A DNA stretch of 64,000 nt from assembly GCA_963749495.1 (NCBI GenBank), contig CAVVMW010000015.1, positions 288,001 to 352,000 of the forward strand. Direction: 5' to 3'. The DNA is from an uncultured bacterium (GTDB taxonomy: Bacteria > Verrucomicrobiota > Verrucomicrobiia > Limisphaerales > UBA8199). A program made the position numbers and the translations under genes. Under the pieces are notes generated by a model that made no database searches, was not told the DNA's origin, and saw nothing but the letters and a program-made list of their open reading frames with translations. Below, in pieces: positions 22,700 through 32,139 of the stretch (position 1 is the first letter of the stretch; each line of letters opens with the position of its first letter).

Positions 22700-22841
22700 G
22701 ACCGTCCCGGAGCCTGGCTTTCTGTTCGACTTGGCCGCCGATCCGCGGGAAAGCCGCGACCTCGGCACCGTTCGCCCGGATAAAGTCACGGAACTTCGCG
22801 CGCTCCTGGCCCGGGCCCGCGATTTCGGCCGGACGCCCTGA
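22700..22841 (+). pseudogene. Sulfatase C-terminal fragment
   Basis: LFDLAADPRESRDL...PDKVTELRALL. Confidence 0.6.
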
Positions 22842-23279
22842 GGCCCGCCCGAAGGGCTTGAAGGCGCCGAGCAACGTGTGGAAAAGTCGTCGCTCCCCCG
22901 CCAAGGTTCAGGGGCACTTTGGTCTTCGCGCAACCCAGTGAAATCTCCATAGCGGCGGTAACAACAGCCAAGGCAGGCCGAGATCGAGCAGCCGCGCGGC
23001 TCTCAGCGCCGGGGAACCCGGTCCGGCGCCAGACCGCGGAGCGGTTTGTCGCGCGGCTGATCGCCCGGGTTGTGGGGCTGGTTCCAGTCGTGCTTAAACT
23101 GGCCGGGTTCCTGGAGCACCAGCAGCCCTTCGAGATTGCCCGAGACGCGGCCGATGATGCTGAAGCCGTTGAGCCGGTCGAGGCTGGGATTGAGCAGGGA
23201 AAAACGGTAGCCGGGAACGTTCACGCTTAGCCCGACGCTCTCGGCGGGCACGCCTTCGAAGACAAACGAGCCGTCAGCG

Positions 23280-24072
23280 CCCCAGCCCACGTCGGCCGAA
23301 CTGGCCCAGGCTTCCCACCGCCGGTCATCAAAGGCCCGGAACCAGCAGCCGTTCAGCCATGGCAACGCCTTCGAGCAGTTCTGAATCCGGCAGAGGTAGT
23401 CCGCCAATTTGTCCTCGGCGCGTTGGAACCGCGGGTCGCCGGTGGCCCCTGCCGCCTCGTGCAATCCAAGCAACGCAAAGCCCGTCGTGTACAACTGGTC
23501 GGTGACCGGGTCCCCGTCCTGCTGGAGCAGCGGGGTCTCCGTGGTGCCATAGTCTTCGTTGCGTTGCGGGGCCTGGGAGAAACCCCCTTCGACTTTGCCC
23601 AGGCGCTCGTGGATGGCTCCGGAGGGTTGTTGCCACGCGAGCAAATCCCCCGCGACCGCATCCAGCCAGCGGCGATGCTCGACCGTATTCTCGATCCGGG
23701 CCAGCCAGGCCAAGCACAGCACCATGCGAGCCCGCTCGAGCTGATTTTGCCAGCGCCAACCGGCCGGATAGGCCCTCATGGTCAGCGCCACGGCCGTCTT
23801 GGTGCGGTCGAGCAACGGTTCATAGCCGGTCTGGTGGTAGGCCCACCGGGATACTCGTCCGCCAGCAGCAGGACAGCCGAACCCGCCGTCGCATTCTGAA
23901 TGGCCTCGGTCGGCTGGTCATACCGGCGAAAATGATACGCCTGGAGCGCCAGAAAAAGATCGTTTCGCGGCGAGCAGCAAAAAGTCAGCTCTGGCCGCGG
24001 ACTTTTCTGAGCCCAGGACCAACTGGCTCCACCGAGCGATGCGGCCGTCCAGAGAATCAGCAGCCATCTCAT
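23280..24072 (-). pseudogene. Secreted hypothetical protein, N- and C-terminal pieces with a large internal deletion, joined to an unrelated 3' end (23003-23280)
   Basis: MRWLLILW...LLADEYP | ...ERARMVLCLAWL...DQLYTTGFALLGLHEA...WFRAFD...SADVGWG | ADGSFVFEGVP. Confidence 0.55.
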
Positions 24073-24206
24073 CGGCTCGGAAGATACGGATCGCTCTCGG
24101 TGGTTCAATCCACAAGTTCCGAGCCATACTGCTGGGAAGCGGGCGGGCGTCAACCCATTCCGTCCCAGGGGCTTGCTCCCCGCCAGGCTTTTGGGAAGAT
24201 GCGTGC

Positions 24207-25035
24207 ATGCTTAAACAGACGTTGCCGGTCGTTTTTCTCGTCGGGTTTGTCGCCCTGGCGCGATTGGTTGGGCAGGCTGCGGACTCGGACCCGGGGTTTG
24301 CGCCCAAGGATGGCTCAGCCATCCAGTTGACGGAGGATTTCAAGCTGGCTGAACTGCGCGCAATGCCCCATCGCGCGTCCACTCAATGGCGCCTCGTGAG
24401 GCGGGACTACCCAACAGTGAACGCCGTGGAATGGCAGGTGCGCCTCCGGTCCCCGGAGCGTGAAGACCCGCCATTGTGGGAGAACCCGTGCTCCGCGGAT
24501 TTCGTTGTGGCCTTTCCTTTGGACGCGGCAGCGTCGCTGCACTGGAGCAAAGGCAGCCACGACTCGCCTTCTGATTTTCAGCCCTGCGAGGACGCACTGG
24601 ACAAGGGCAAGACGCTCACGCTGGAGTCCTTTGGCGGGCGCTCCTCGGATGGCACGCTGCCGTACTTCAACCTGGCGTCCCAGGGCGGAGGACTGATCCT
24701 GGCACTCGGATGGACCGGGGATTGGAGGACGTTTTTTGAGGCGCTGGGCGCAGGCCGGGTGCGCGTGAGGGCAGGATTGCAGCAGGCACGGTTCAAGTTG
24801 CGCCCGGGCGAACAGGTGCGCCTGCCATCCGTGCTGGTGATCAAGGAAAGGGACGGCTTCCATCTGCTGGATCTAGGGAATCCCGAGGCGCGCCGCTGGG
24901 CCTTGGAAACGGTTTCCCAGCAAATCCGCGAGGCGGATATTGGAATCTACCGCCAGGACTGCAACTTGTATCCAGCCTTCTTCTGGCGGACGGCTGAGGA
25001 GACCAACCGGATCGGCTTGCGCGAGATCCGGCACA
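24207..25035 (+). pseudogene. GH36-like alpha-galactosidase, internally deleted and truncated
   Basis: GGRSSDGTLPYFNL..GWTGDW | LLDLGNPEARRW...IYRQDCN; paralogue of 38558-41070. Confidence 0.75.
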
Positions 25036-25469
25036 CCCCACCAGGCGATAGGGGTGAGCACCAGGTAAATGCCGCGGCGCTTGGACTAGTCGATCAAGTA
25101 ATCGAGCAGGCGCAGGTGATCGTTGTCCAACAGGTTGCCCTGGCGGTCGCTGATTTCCCGGTCAAAGACGTGCAACCGCAGCAGGTCCAGGCGCAACCGC
25201 TTGAGGTGCGCCAGGTCTGCGCGGATGGTCCGCTCATGGTCTGCGCCGATGGCCTTGAGATCGGCGTAGTTCCAGTGAAAAGGCGGATAGTAATTGACCC
25301 CGAACAGCGCGACCTCTTCCCGGGTGTCCTTCCAGCGGAGCAGTCCCCGGTCGAAAACGACTTCCCGATCGGCCACTTGGCGTGCAGCAAACCCGCACGT
25401 GGCGACGGTGGGGACAACCGCGAGCAGCAGGCCAAGGCCGGCTCGGAGCATTGCCTGGCGGCAATGCAT
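25036..25469 (-). pseudogene. N-terminal fragment of a GH5-like TIM-barrel hydrolase
   Basis: ALFGVNY...RLHVFDREISD..GNLLDNDHL.LLDYLI, then RGIYLVLTPIAWW after a frameshift. Confidence 0.6.
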
Positions 25470-25498
25470 CGTTTTGTCGTGGTTCAGAGTGGTATGGT

Positions 25499-28400
25499 TC
25501 AAGGCGCTTTGCTCAAGCCTTCCGACTGGACCACCCAGGTTGCGTCGTCGGGAAAACCGGGAGCCGGTCTTGCCGGGGCGCCGTCCCAACCGGCGGCCAT
25601 CATGGCAACCGCGTAGAGCAAACCGCCGTTGCCGGGAAGGTAGGGACAGGGACCGCCGGTGTTCACGCCACGCTCGTCGTAGCGGTTCTTGGTAGCCGCA
25701 TCCTTGAGCAAGGCTTCGACGGCGATCTGCGGTTCACCCACCCGAGCCGCCGCCATGGCCATCCAGGGGAAATCCCAACCCCAGCACTTGGTCCAATCCC
25801 ATGTCTGCCAGACCTTGAGCACCGTGCGGTGCGCGGTTTCACGGTCCACCCCCTCGAGGGGCGGCAACATCCCGAACACGCCAATCGGATCAGGATGCTC
25901 CCACGCGCGCTTGGCGTAGGTGTCGGTCCATTCGACAGAGTGAACGAACACACCATCCGCCGTCGGCAACGGCGCCAGGTGCAGACGGACCTGGTCCCAA
26001 CGGGGTTCGCGTGCCTGGCCCAACCGCTCTCGCCAGCGCTGGGCCTGGTCGAGTCCCCAGCGCCAATAAGCCAGGTCGAACACTGTGTCCCGCGTAACGC
26101 CCTGCTCGCTGGGTGGCATGATGGGCTGGAGATGGAAGCTGCCGGCCTCATCGGCGCTCGGAAAGTCGGCCATGTAATCCGCGGTTGCAAAGACGATGTC
26201 TCTCCACTTCTCCAGCGTGGCGCGCGTTGGCCGAAGCCGATACTCCAGTTCGGCGAAGAAGATCGGGTGCGGTTGCTGCCAATGGAGCACAAAACTCCCT
26301 TCCCAGGGCGCAGTGCGTCCCTCCGGTCCCACTTGCTTGCCCCATTTGGCACCCCGGTAATTGAACTGCCCGGCCAATTGGCGCGCCACCGGCAGGAATG
26401 CTCGATAGCAGCCCAGTGCTCGCTCCGCCATGGGCCAGCGGCCCCACAGCCCATAATGCGCCAGGTGCCACCAGGTCATCTCCATGTGGAACTGGCTGCT
26501 CCAGGGGTCCACCCCCATCAGCCCGTCCTCCGCCGACGGCCAACTCCCGGCTGATTGCGCCGCCATCTGGTATTGGGAAAGCACGATTCGCCGCTCCAGC
26601 TCCTTCCAGCGCGGGTCCTTGCTCTGCGAAAGATCAATCGCCCCTCCGGTGCTCCAGAACTTCCTCCAATATTCAACCACCGCCTGCTGCGTTTCCGAGA
26701 CCGTTGGCAAGGAGCTCAGCGGCTGGCCGGAGAAACCGCAGACAAATTCCATTCGCCCTGCCCTCCCGCCGGCGAACCTGAAGCTGTGCTCTCCCAGGCC
26801 AACCTCCGGCCCTCGGCTGAAGCTGCAACCGTCGGACCAGCCCACGAACACCTGGTAATGCGCCGCATCAGCCGTGCGGCGGATTTCGGCACGGCGTTCG
26901 CCTTCCTTCGCCACCAGTTGGCTGGTGTGCGCGCCAGGGCGATTCCACTCGCCGGCCCAGGGTGACCTGCCGTTGGCGCTGGGATAAGGAAAATCGAGGG
27001 CCACTACGAGGATGCCGTCGCGCAGCAACGGCGATTCCGCCCGAACCGCAACGAGATCCAGCGTGGGATGCACGCAGGTCTCCACCGCCACCGACTGGCC
27101 ATCCACTTCGAATCGGCTCAGGTGCATCCCGGTCCACAAGTCGTAGCGCCGCGAGATATTCCGAAGTTCTCCAGGCGCCAACGCCGCCCCCGAGGAGCGC
27201 AGGAAGCGCAGGCGGCCAAGGTTGATGGGGTGAGGGTTGCGGAACATCCAGCCATCGAGTTCTTTGCGCCCGGACGCCTGGCGCATAGGACCGGTAATTC
27301 GGCCTTTTTCCACTGTTCCGGTCGCCGGCAGATCGGTGATCGCACAACCGGGGGGCAGCGGAGTCGAATGCCAGGCCCAATGGGCCATGGTGCTCCCGCC
27401 AAAGGTCTGCAAGCCGGTCCCGTCGGCATTGAAACACAACTCGCCATTGCCGAGCGGGATCTGCCCGCCCGGGTCGTTCCACTCGATATTGTGGCGTTTC
27501 ACGAGGGCCTGGCGGTCAATTGCCTCGAGCGAAGCCCCGGTGAAGTAGCGTGCGAGCACGGCAATGTTGCGGTCGTTGCCCTGAAAGGACACGATCGGAC
27601 GGCGACGATACTCCTCCACCGGCAGCGGCAGCGAGTTCGCCCCGGGCTTGGAGAAACCGTAGATGCCAAGCCGGGCGGCCGCCTCGCCGAGGACAATCCG
27701 CCGGGCGTCGTGCGCATCGCCCCAGCCCACCACGCATTGCACGAGGCGGGTATGCGGCCCCTTCATCCTCTCGACCCGCTCGAGCGCCTTCGGGTCCGTG
27801 GCTTCGTTCATCAACCAGTCCACTTCCTTGAACAGCTTCGAGTTGGTGACTACCGGCGAACCCACATCGCAGCAACTCAGCCAGATAACCGCGTCCGGTT
27901 TGACGCGCCGGGTCGTGTCGCGAATTCGCTCCCAGCAGCGGTCGATGGCCCGGCGCCGGAATTCCAGTTCCTGCGCCTTGCTGATTTTGTCCTTGCCGGG
28001 AAAAGCCTTGCCGAACAGTTCGCCGAACATCCTCTGCTCGCAGTCGAGCCAACTCATTTTCACGGCGCCGATGTCCCCTGGATTCCAGACCCAATCAATC
28101 ATGAAACCATCCATCCCGGTGCGCTTGAGGCCGTCCTCGATGGACCCACACAAGTAGTCCAGATACTCCCTCGTGAGGGGAATGTGCGGGTCGCTGGGGG
28201 CGCCATAGCTGAGATTGGTGTGCGTCAGGCCCCAAAGCGTGTTGGCCCCCACGCAATAGTAACCCATCACCTTCATTCCCCGAGCATGGCCCAGTTTGAC
28301 CATCTCGGTCAGGAAATCATGCTTGAGGCCGGGCTGCGGCGGCACGGGGCCGCCACGGTACCAGGCGTAGCCGTTGCAGGAAACCGCGAAGGTCTGAATC

Positions 28401-28654
28401 ACATTGCAGCCCAGCGCCGCATACCAGGCGACGTGTTCCTCAGGCGAAGCCTCCGCCCACAGTCCTGGCCGTGCAAAACCGTTCGGCCCGCCCTCGCCCC
28501 AGTTGAAGTCGATGCAAAAGGCCCTGATGGGATCGGCTGGGGCTGCGGCCGCCTGCACCCGCGAGGCGGACCCCACCAACACAGCCAAGAGGAGTGGGGC
28601 GAGGATTCCCCGCAGGCTGCCCCAGCCCGTTCCACAGTGTTTAGGCGTTTTCAT
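25499..28654 (-). CDS. Two-module glycoside hydrolase: GH29-like N-terminal barrel plus GH65/GH95-like (alpha/alpha)6 module
   Basis: IDFNW...QTFAVSCNGYAWY...DGFMIDW; IDRQALVKRHN, PLGNG, ELERRIVLSQY, FHMEM.WWH, WGWDFP, YLPGNGGLL. Confidence 0.7.
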   Translation of the reverse strand: MKTPKHCGTGWGSLRGILAPLLLAVLVGSASRVQAAAAPADPIRAFCIDFNWGEGGPNGFARPGLWAEASPEEHVAWYAALGCNVIQTFAVSCNGYAWYRGGPVPPQPGLKHDFLTEMVKLGHARGMKVMGYYCVGANTLWGLTHTNLSYGAPSDPHIPLTREYLDYLCGSIEDGLKRTGMDGFMIDWVWNPGDIGAVKMSWLDCEQRMFGELFGKAFPGKDKISKAQELEFRRRAIDRCWERIRDTTRRVKPDAVIWLSCCDVGSPVVTNSKLFKEVDWLMNEATDPKALERVERMKGPHTRLVQCVVGWGDAHDARRIVLGEAAARLGIYGFSKPGANSLPLPVEEYRRRPIVSFQGNDRNIAVLARYFTGASLEAIDRQALVKRHNIEWNDPGGQIPLGNGELCFNADGTGLQTFGGSTMAHWAWHSTPLPPGCAITDLPATGTVEKGRITGPMRQASGRKELDGWMFRNPHPINLGRLRFLRSSGAALAPGELRNISRRYDLWTGMHLSRFEVDGQSVAVETCVHPTLDLVAVRAESPLLRDGILVVALDFPYPSANGRSPWAGEWNRPGAHTSQLVAKEGERRAEIRRTADAAHYQVFVGWSDGCSFSRGPEVGLGEHSFRFAGGRAGRMEFVCGFSGQPLSSLPTVSETQQAVVEYWRKFWSTGGAIDLSQSKDPRWKELERRIVLSQYQMAAQSAGSWPSAEDGLMGVDPWSSQFHMEMTWWHLAHYGLWGRWPMAERALGCYRAFLPVARQLAGQFNYRGAKWGKQVGPEGRTAPWEGSFVLHWQQPHPIFFAELEYRLRPTRATLEKWRDIVFATADYMADFPSADEAGSFHLQPIMPPSEQGVTRDTVFDLAYWRWGLDQAQRWRERLGQAREPRWDQVRLHLAPLPTADGVFVHSVEWTDTYAKRAWEHPDPIGVFGMLPPLEGVDRETAHRTVLKVWQTWDWTKCWGWDFPWMAMAAARVGEPQIAVEALLKDAATKNRYDERGVNTGGPCPYLPGNGGLLYAVAMMAAGWDGAPARPAPGFPDDATWVVQSEGLSKAP

Positions 28655-28947
28655 AGTCTTCGACAACCTCCATGGCTGTCCGCGCTCAGCGCGCTTCCAG
28701 CACGAGCACCCAGTCATTCGCGCCGGCACCGTTATCACGGGAAAGGCGGTTTTATGGTTATCTGACGAAAGGTTTCATGCGGCAATGCTATAGCCGATGG
28801 CTCCGGAGACCAAGACCGTTTGTGGGTTCCGATGTCGTCGTGCTGCCGAGGGGCAGCTCTGCGCTGCGGGATTTGCTCATGCTCGGGATTTGAGTTCTGG
28901 AGTGGCGGAAGAACAGCCGTGGAAGAGGGGCTATCTCAAGGTCGGAT

Positions 28948-30297
28948 TCAGTTCGCCGACCGGTCGCCCTCGCGGTAGGCCAGCCTCGGCACCGGACGGT
29001 TGACGTGGAAGACTGATAGTTCGCGAATCGTGACCGGTGCGGCACTTTCTTGCACGGTGAGGCGGACAGCCTGCACGGAGGTCGAGCGAACAGGAATGAT
29101 TTGGCGGCTGCCCACCTGGGTGCCCCGCCCGAGAGCCGTCCAATTACCATCGGCACGCCGGCCTTCGACCAGGAATTTCCGGATGCGTTCCCCACGGCGG
29201 ATGTCCTCGCGCAGAACGATATGATCAATAGTCGTCTCGCCACCCAAATCGAGGGATAGAGTGTTTCCCTCGCCTCTGGTGGTGAAAAGCGGCTTGGCGA
29301 AGCGCCCGCGGATTTCGTCGCCAAATTCCTGGAGCCGCTTCATCTGCGCGGCGGGCACTTCACCGTGGATGTCAGGCGTGGCGTTGAGCAGCAGATTCAC
29401 GCCGCGGCCAACCGACAAATAATAGATTTCGACAAGGTCATCCAGGCTGAGGATGCGGCGGTCGCTGCCTTCACTCCAAAACCAGTTCGGGCGCAAAATG
29501 GACACGTCGCATTCCGCCGGACACCAGGCGTTGCCGGCGGGACTGCCCGCGCCTTCCTTGGGCGTCTCGCCCGGTTTCCAATCAATCGTGTTCCAGCACG
29601 GGTAAGGCGCGAAGCCGTGCTCCGTGCCCACCCAGCGCGAGCCGCCGGCACGTCGTCCCTGGAAAGCGATGATCCCGGGCGAGAGCTTATCGATCAGGTC
29701 GTTGATCGGGACGATATTCCCCCCGTCGAACCACATCTCGAACATCGGGCCGTACCCGGTCAGGATTTCGGTGAGCTGCTGGCGATAAGTCTCGTTGTAG
29801 GCGGCCTGCTTCTCCGGGGAGGGCACGCGTCCACCGTCTCCAGCGCCCTGCGTATCGTCACGCGGACACAGATAGACGCCCAGGCGCACGTCTCTGGCCT
29901 GGCAAGCCTTGGCCAGTTCGGCGAGCATGTCCCCCCGGCCCTGTTTCCAGGGCGAGGTTCTGAGGGAATAATCGGTCGTCTTGGTCTGCCACGCACAGTA
30001 GCCGCCCACGTGCTTGGCCACGAAGATCATGTAACCGGCGTTGGCGGCCTTGACTGCCTCTACCCATTGATCGGCGCTGAATCGGTCAGGATTGATCTGA
30101 TCGCGCGGTGTGGAACGGTTGTCCCCTTCAGTGCCCTGATAGACATTCGGCGCCCAGTGGAAGAAGAGGCCCACGCCCGCCTTGTGCCAGGCGACCTGCT
30201 GTGGCGTGGGAAAGGGAAGCTGGGCGGAGGATTCTCCCGCATTGGCCGCAAAGGCCAAAACGCAGAGGCTGATGGTAAGAAAGAGGGGTGTTTGCAT
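28948..30297 (-). CDS. Alpha-L-fucosidase (GH29)
   Basis: GLFFHW, VAKHVGGYCAW, EMWFDG, RWVGTE, PAECDVSI.P.WFW, SVGRG..LLLN; C-terminal F5/8-like domain. Confidence 0.9.
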   Translation of the reverse strand: MQTPLFLTISLCVLAFAANAGESSAQLPFPTPQQVAWHKAGVGLFFHWAPNVYQGTEGDNRSTPRDQINPDRFSADQWVEAVKAANAGYMIFVAKHVGGYCAWQTKTTDYSLRTSPWKQGRGDMLAELAKACQARDVRLGVYLCPRDDTQGAGDGGRVPSPEKQAAYNETYRQQLTEILTGYGPMFEMWFDGGNIVPINDLIDKLSPGIIAFQGRRAGGSRWVGTEHGFAPYPCWNTIDWKPGETPKEGAGSPAGNAWCPAECDVSILRPNWFWSEGSDRRILSLDDLVEIYYLSVGRGVNLLLNATPDIHGEVPAAQMKRLQEFGDEIRGRFAKPLFTTRGEGNTLSLDLGGETTIDHIVLREDIRRGERIRKFLVEGRRADGNWTALGRGTQVGSRQIIPVRSTSVQAVRLTVQESAAPVTIRELSVFHVNRPVPRLAYREGDRSAN

Positions 30298-30840
30298 GGG
30301 GATTCACATTTTTACATCAGCGGCATCAGCTTCGGACCAACGGCGGCGGCGGGTCGCTCGACGGGTTCAGACACGCGCATGATATGGCTCATCCTCACAG
30401 GATTAGCGGAACTCCTGGCGGTTGAACAGCGCGAAACCGAGGGAGCCGGGAGCCGGGGCGCATGTTGCCAGTACCACCACACCATGGGCTGGTTCCGTGG
30501 GGCAGACCTCCGGTCTGCCAGTTGACGGGGCCTCCGGCCCCGTGGTTCCGACCTTGCCCGGCGCGGCCCAAGCCAAGGCAAACACGCCTCCAGAGGAGGC
30601 GTTAACCCCCGATGCATCGGGCGAGGTCTGCCCAACGGTGGTACTGCCGAAATGCGCCCCGGGAGCCGCTTGTGACACGTTTGCTCAGGCACACGGTTTC
30701 CGCTGAACCTGGAGCCTTCCGTTGGTCGGAGGTCGATCTGCAAGATTAACGCAGCGGGTGCCGGAGCTCGGGCTGTGGAGTGCACTCGAGATTCGCGGTT
30801 GGCGGCCCTGAGCGGGTCATGTGTGGGCGCAGGCGGTATG

Positions 30841-30920
30841 GACCCGCTACATCGCTACAAGGCGCATTGAACCGGTGGATACTCGAGATGGGACCCGCAA
30901 CATGACCCGCAACCCGCAAC
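30841..30920 (+). repeat. Four copies of ACCCGC(A/T)AC, possible integrase arm-type sites
   Basis: GACCCGCTAC at 30841, GACCCGCAAC at 30892 and 30904, ACCCGCAAC at 30912. Confidence 0.45.
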
Positions 30921-31003
30921 GTGAAGTTGCAACGTTTACTGCAAAAAACATGAATAGTTCATGATTAAGCCCTGTGTTTCGCCACAGGTATTCTACGGAA
31001 GCA

Positions 31004-31720
31004 GGCGCCAGACGCGCTGCGTCTCGGGGTCTGAAGCCTTCCGGACAATGGAGCAAACCTGGGAGCCTCAATCCGGGGGAGCACTAGAATCGGATGACAT
31101 GGTCAAAACCAAATGAACGCCCGCAAGCATCGTGATTGTTGTCAAGCCAAAAGAGGCTGGTTAAGGCTTGGGCCAAAAGGCAAGCAACCAGGTTCGGGGG
31201 CTGTTGCGTACCCCGACGCGAACCTCGCGTTGCCGGTGTATAGGGCGGACCTAAATCATCCTGTGAACGTTGCAGAACATGGAAACGCTGCCAACCCCGC
31301 CCGGTTACGCGACCGGGCAGACCTCACCGCAAGGCGGGTCAGGGGGCGCAGCATTGGGATGACCGAAGAAGCCAACGCCAGCGGTAATGCGCTGGATATG
31401 CCCACGTCGGTCTGGTCTGAAATGGCAAGAACGCATGAGGAATCGTTACCCACCAGAACTGCAAATGACGACCGGCGCTCGCCGGTTGATGCGCTCTGCG
31501 TGCCGTCTCCCCAAGGAGCACGGCGCATTACGACCGCACGCCAGTATCGCCAAGCGGGTTTACGGATGTGCGAGGTTTGCTCGCCCGTTTGCCCGTGGGT
31601 CGGCCAAAAAGTTCAATTCGATTGCGCTGACCTTATGAGGGCTTGAGCCGGAATGAAGGGAAACTTTCACGTACGGTTCTTAGAGGGGGGCGGGCTGGCA
31701 ACAGCCCGCCTCCACTCGGC
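31004..31720 (+). ncRNA. Group II intron without a reverse transcriptase ORF (IIB/chloroplast-like appearance)
   Basis: Domain V GAGCCGGAATGAAGGGAAACTTTCACGTACGGTTC (31645-31679, AGC triad, GAAA loop). Domain VI GGGGGGCGGGCTGGCAACAGCCCGCCTCCACTCGGC. 5' end resembles G(T)GCGCCAGACG. Internal GAACATGGAAAC and GGGATGACCGAAGAAGC...GTAATG...GGATA motifs. Confidence 0.85.
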
Positions 31721-31933
31721 AAGGCGCAACAGCCTCGGTAAAATGGGGGGTTTCTTTGGCGCGGGATATTTGTTTGACAATGTGGACGTCAATTCCAGCT
31801 CGGTAGAACCGAGCGCTTTCCGGCGGTCGGATAGGGGCGGAGGTGGGCAGGGGGTACTTGAAGGAGGATTTCGCTGAGGTGTTTCTGTGCTACATCCCGG
31901 CGTCGGAGGTGGAGGCGCTGAGGCAGAGATCGT

Positions 31934-31982
31934 AGTCCACAGTCCACAGTCCACAGTCCACAGTCGGCGGTCCACGGCCCAC
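31934..31982. repeat. Heptamer tandem repeat (AGTCCAC)x4 plus 3 degenerate units
   Basis: AGTCCAC x4, then AGTCGGC GGTCCAC GGCCCAC. Confidence 0.9.
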
Positions 31983-32139
31983 GGTATGAAGTGCCTGGCC
32001 AGGCTGGGCCCGGCAGGAGGGCAGTCGCGGGCGGGGCCTCACCGTCGGCAGGCTGATTCCGGGACGTGCCCGCCGGGCGAATTTATCGGGCCGAGGCGCG
32101 TGGGTGCGGGACAAAACAGTGACCATTAGACCTGTTCAT

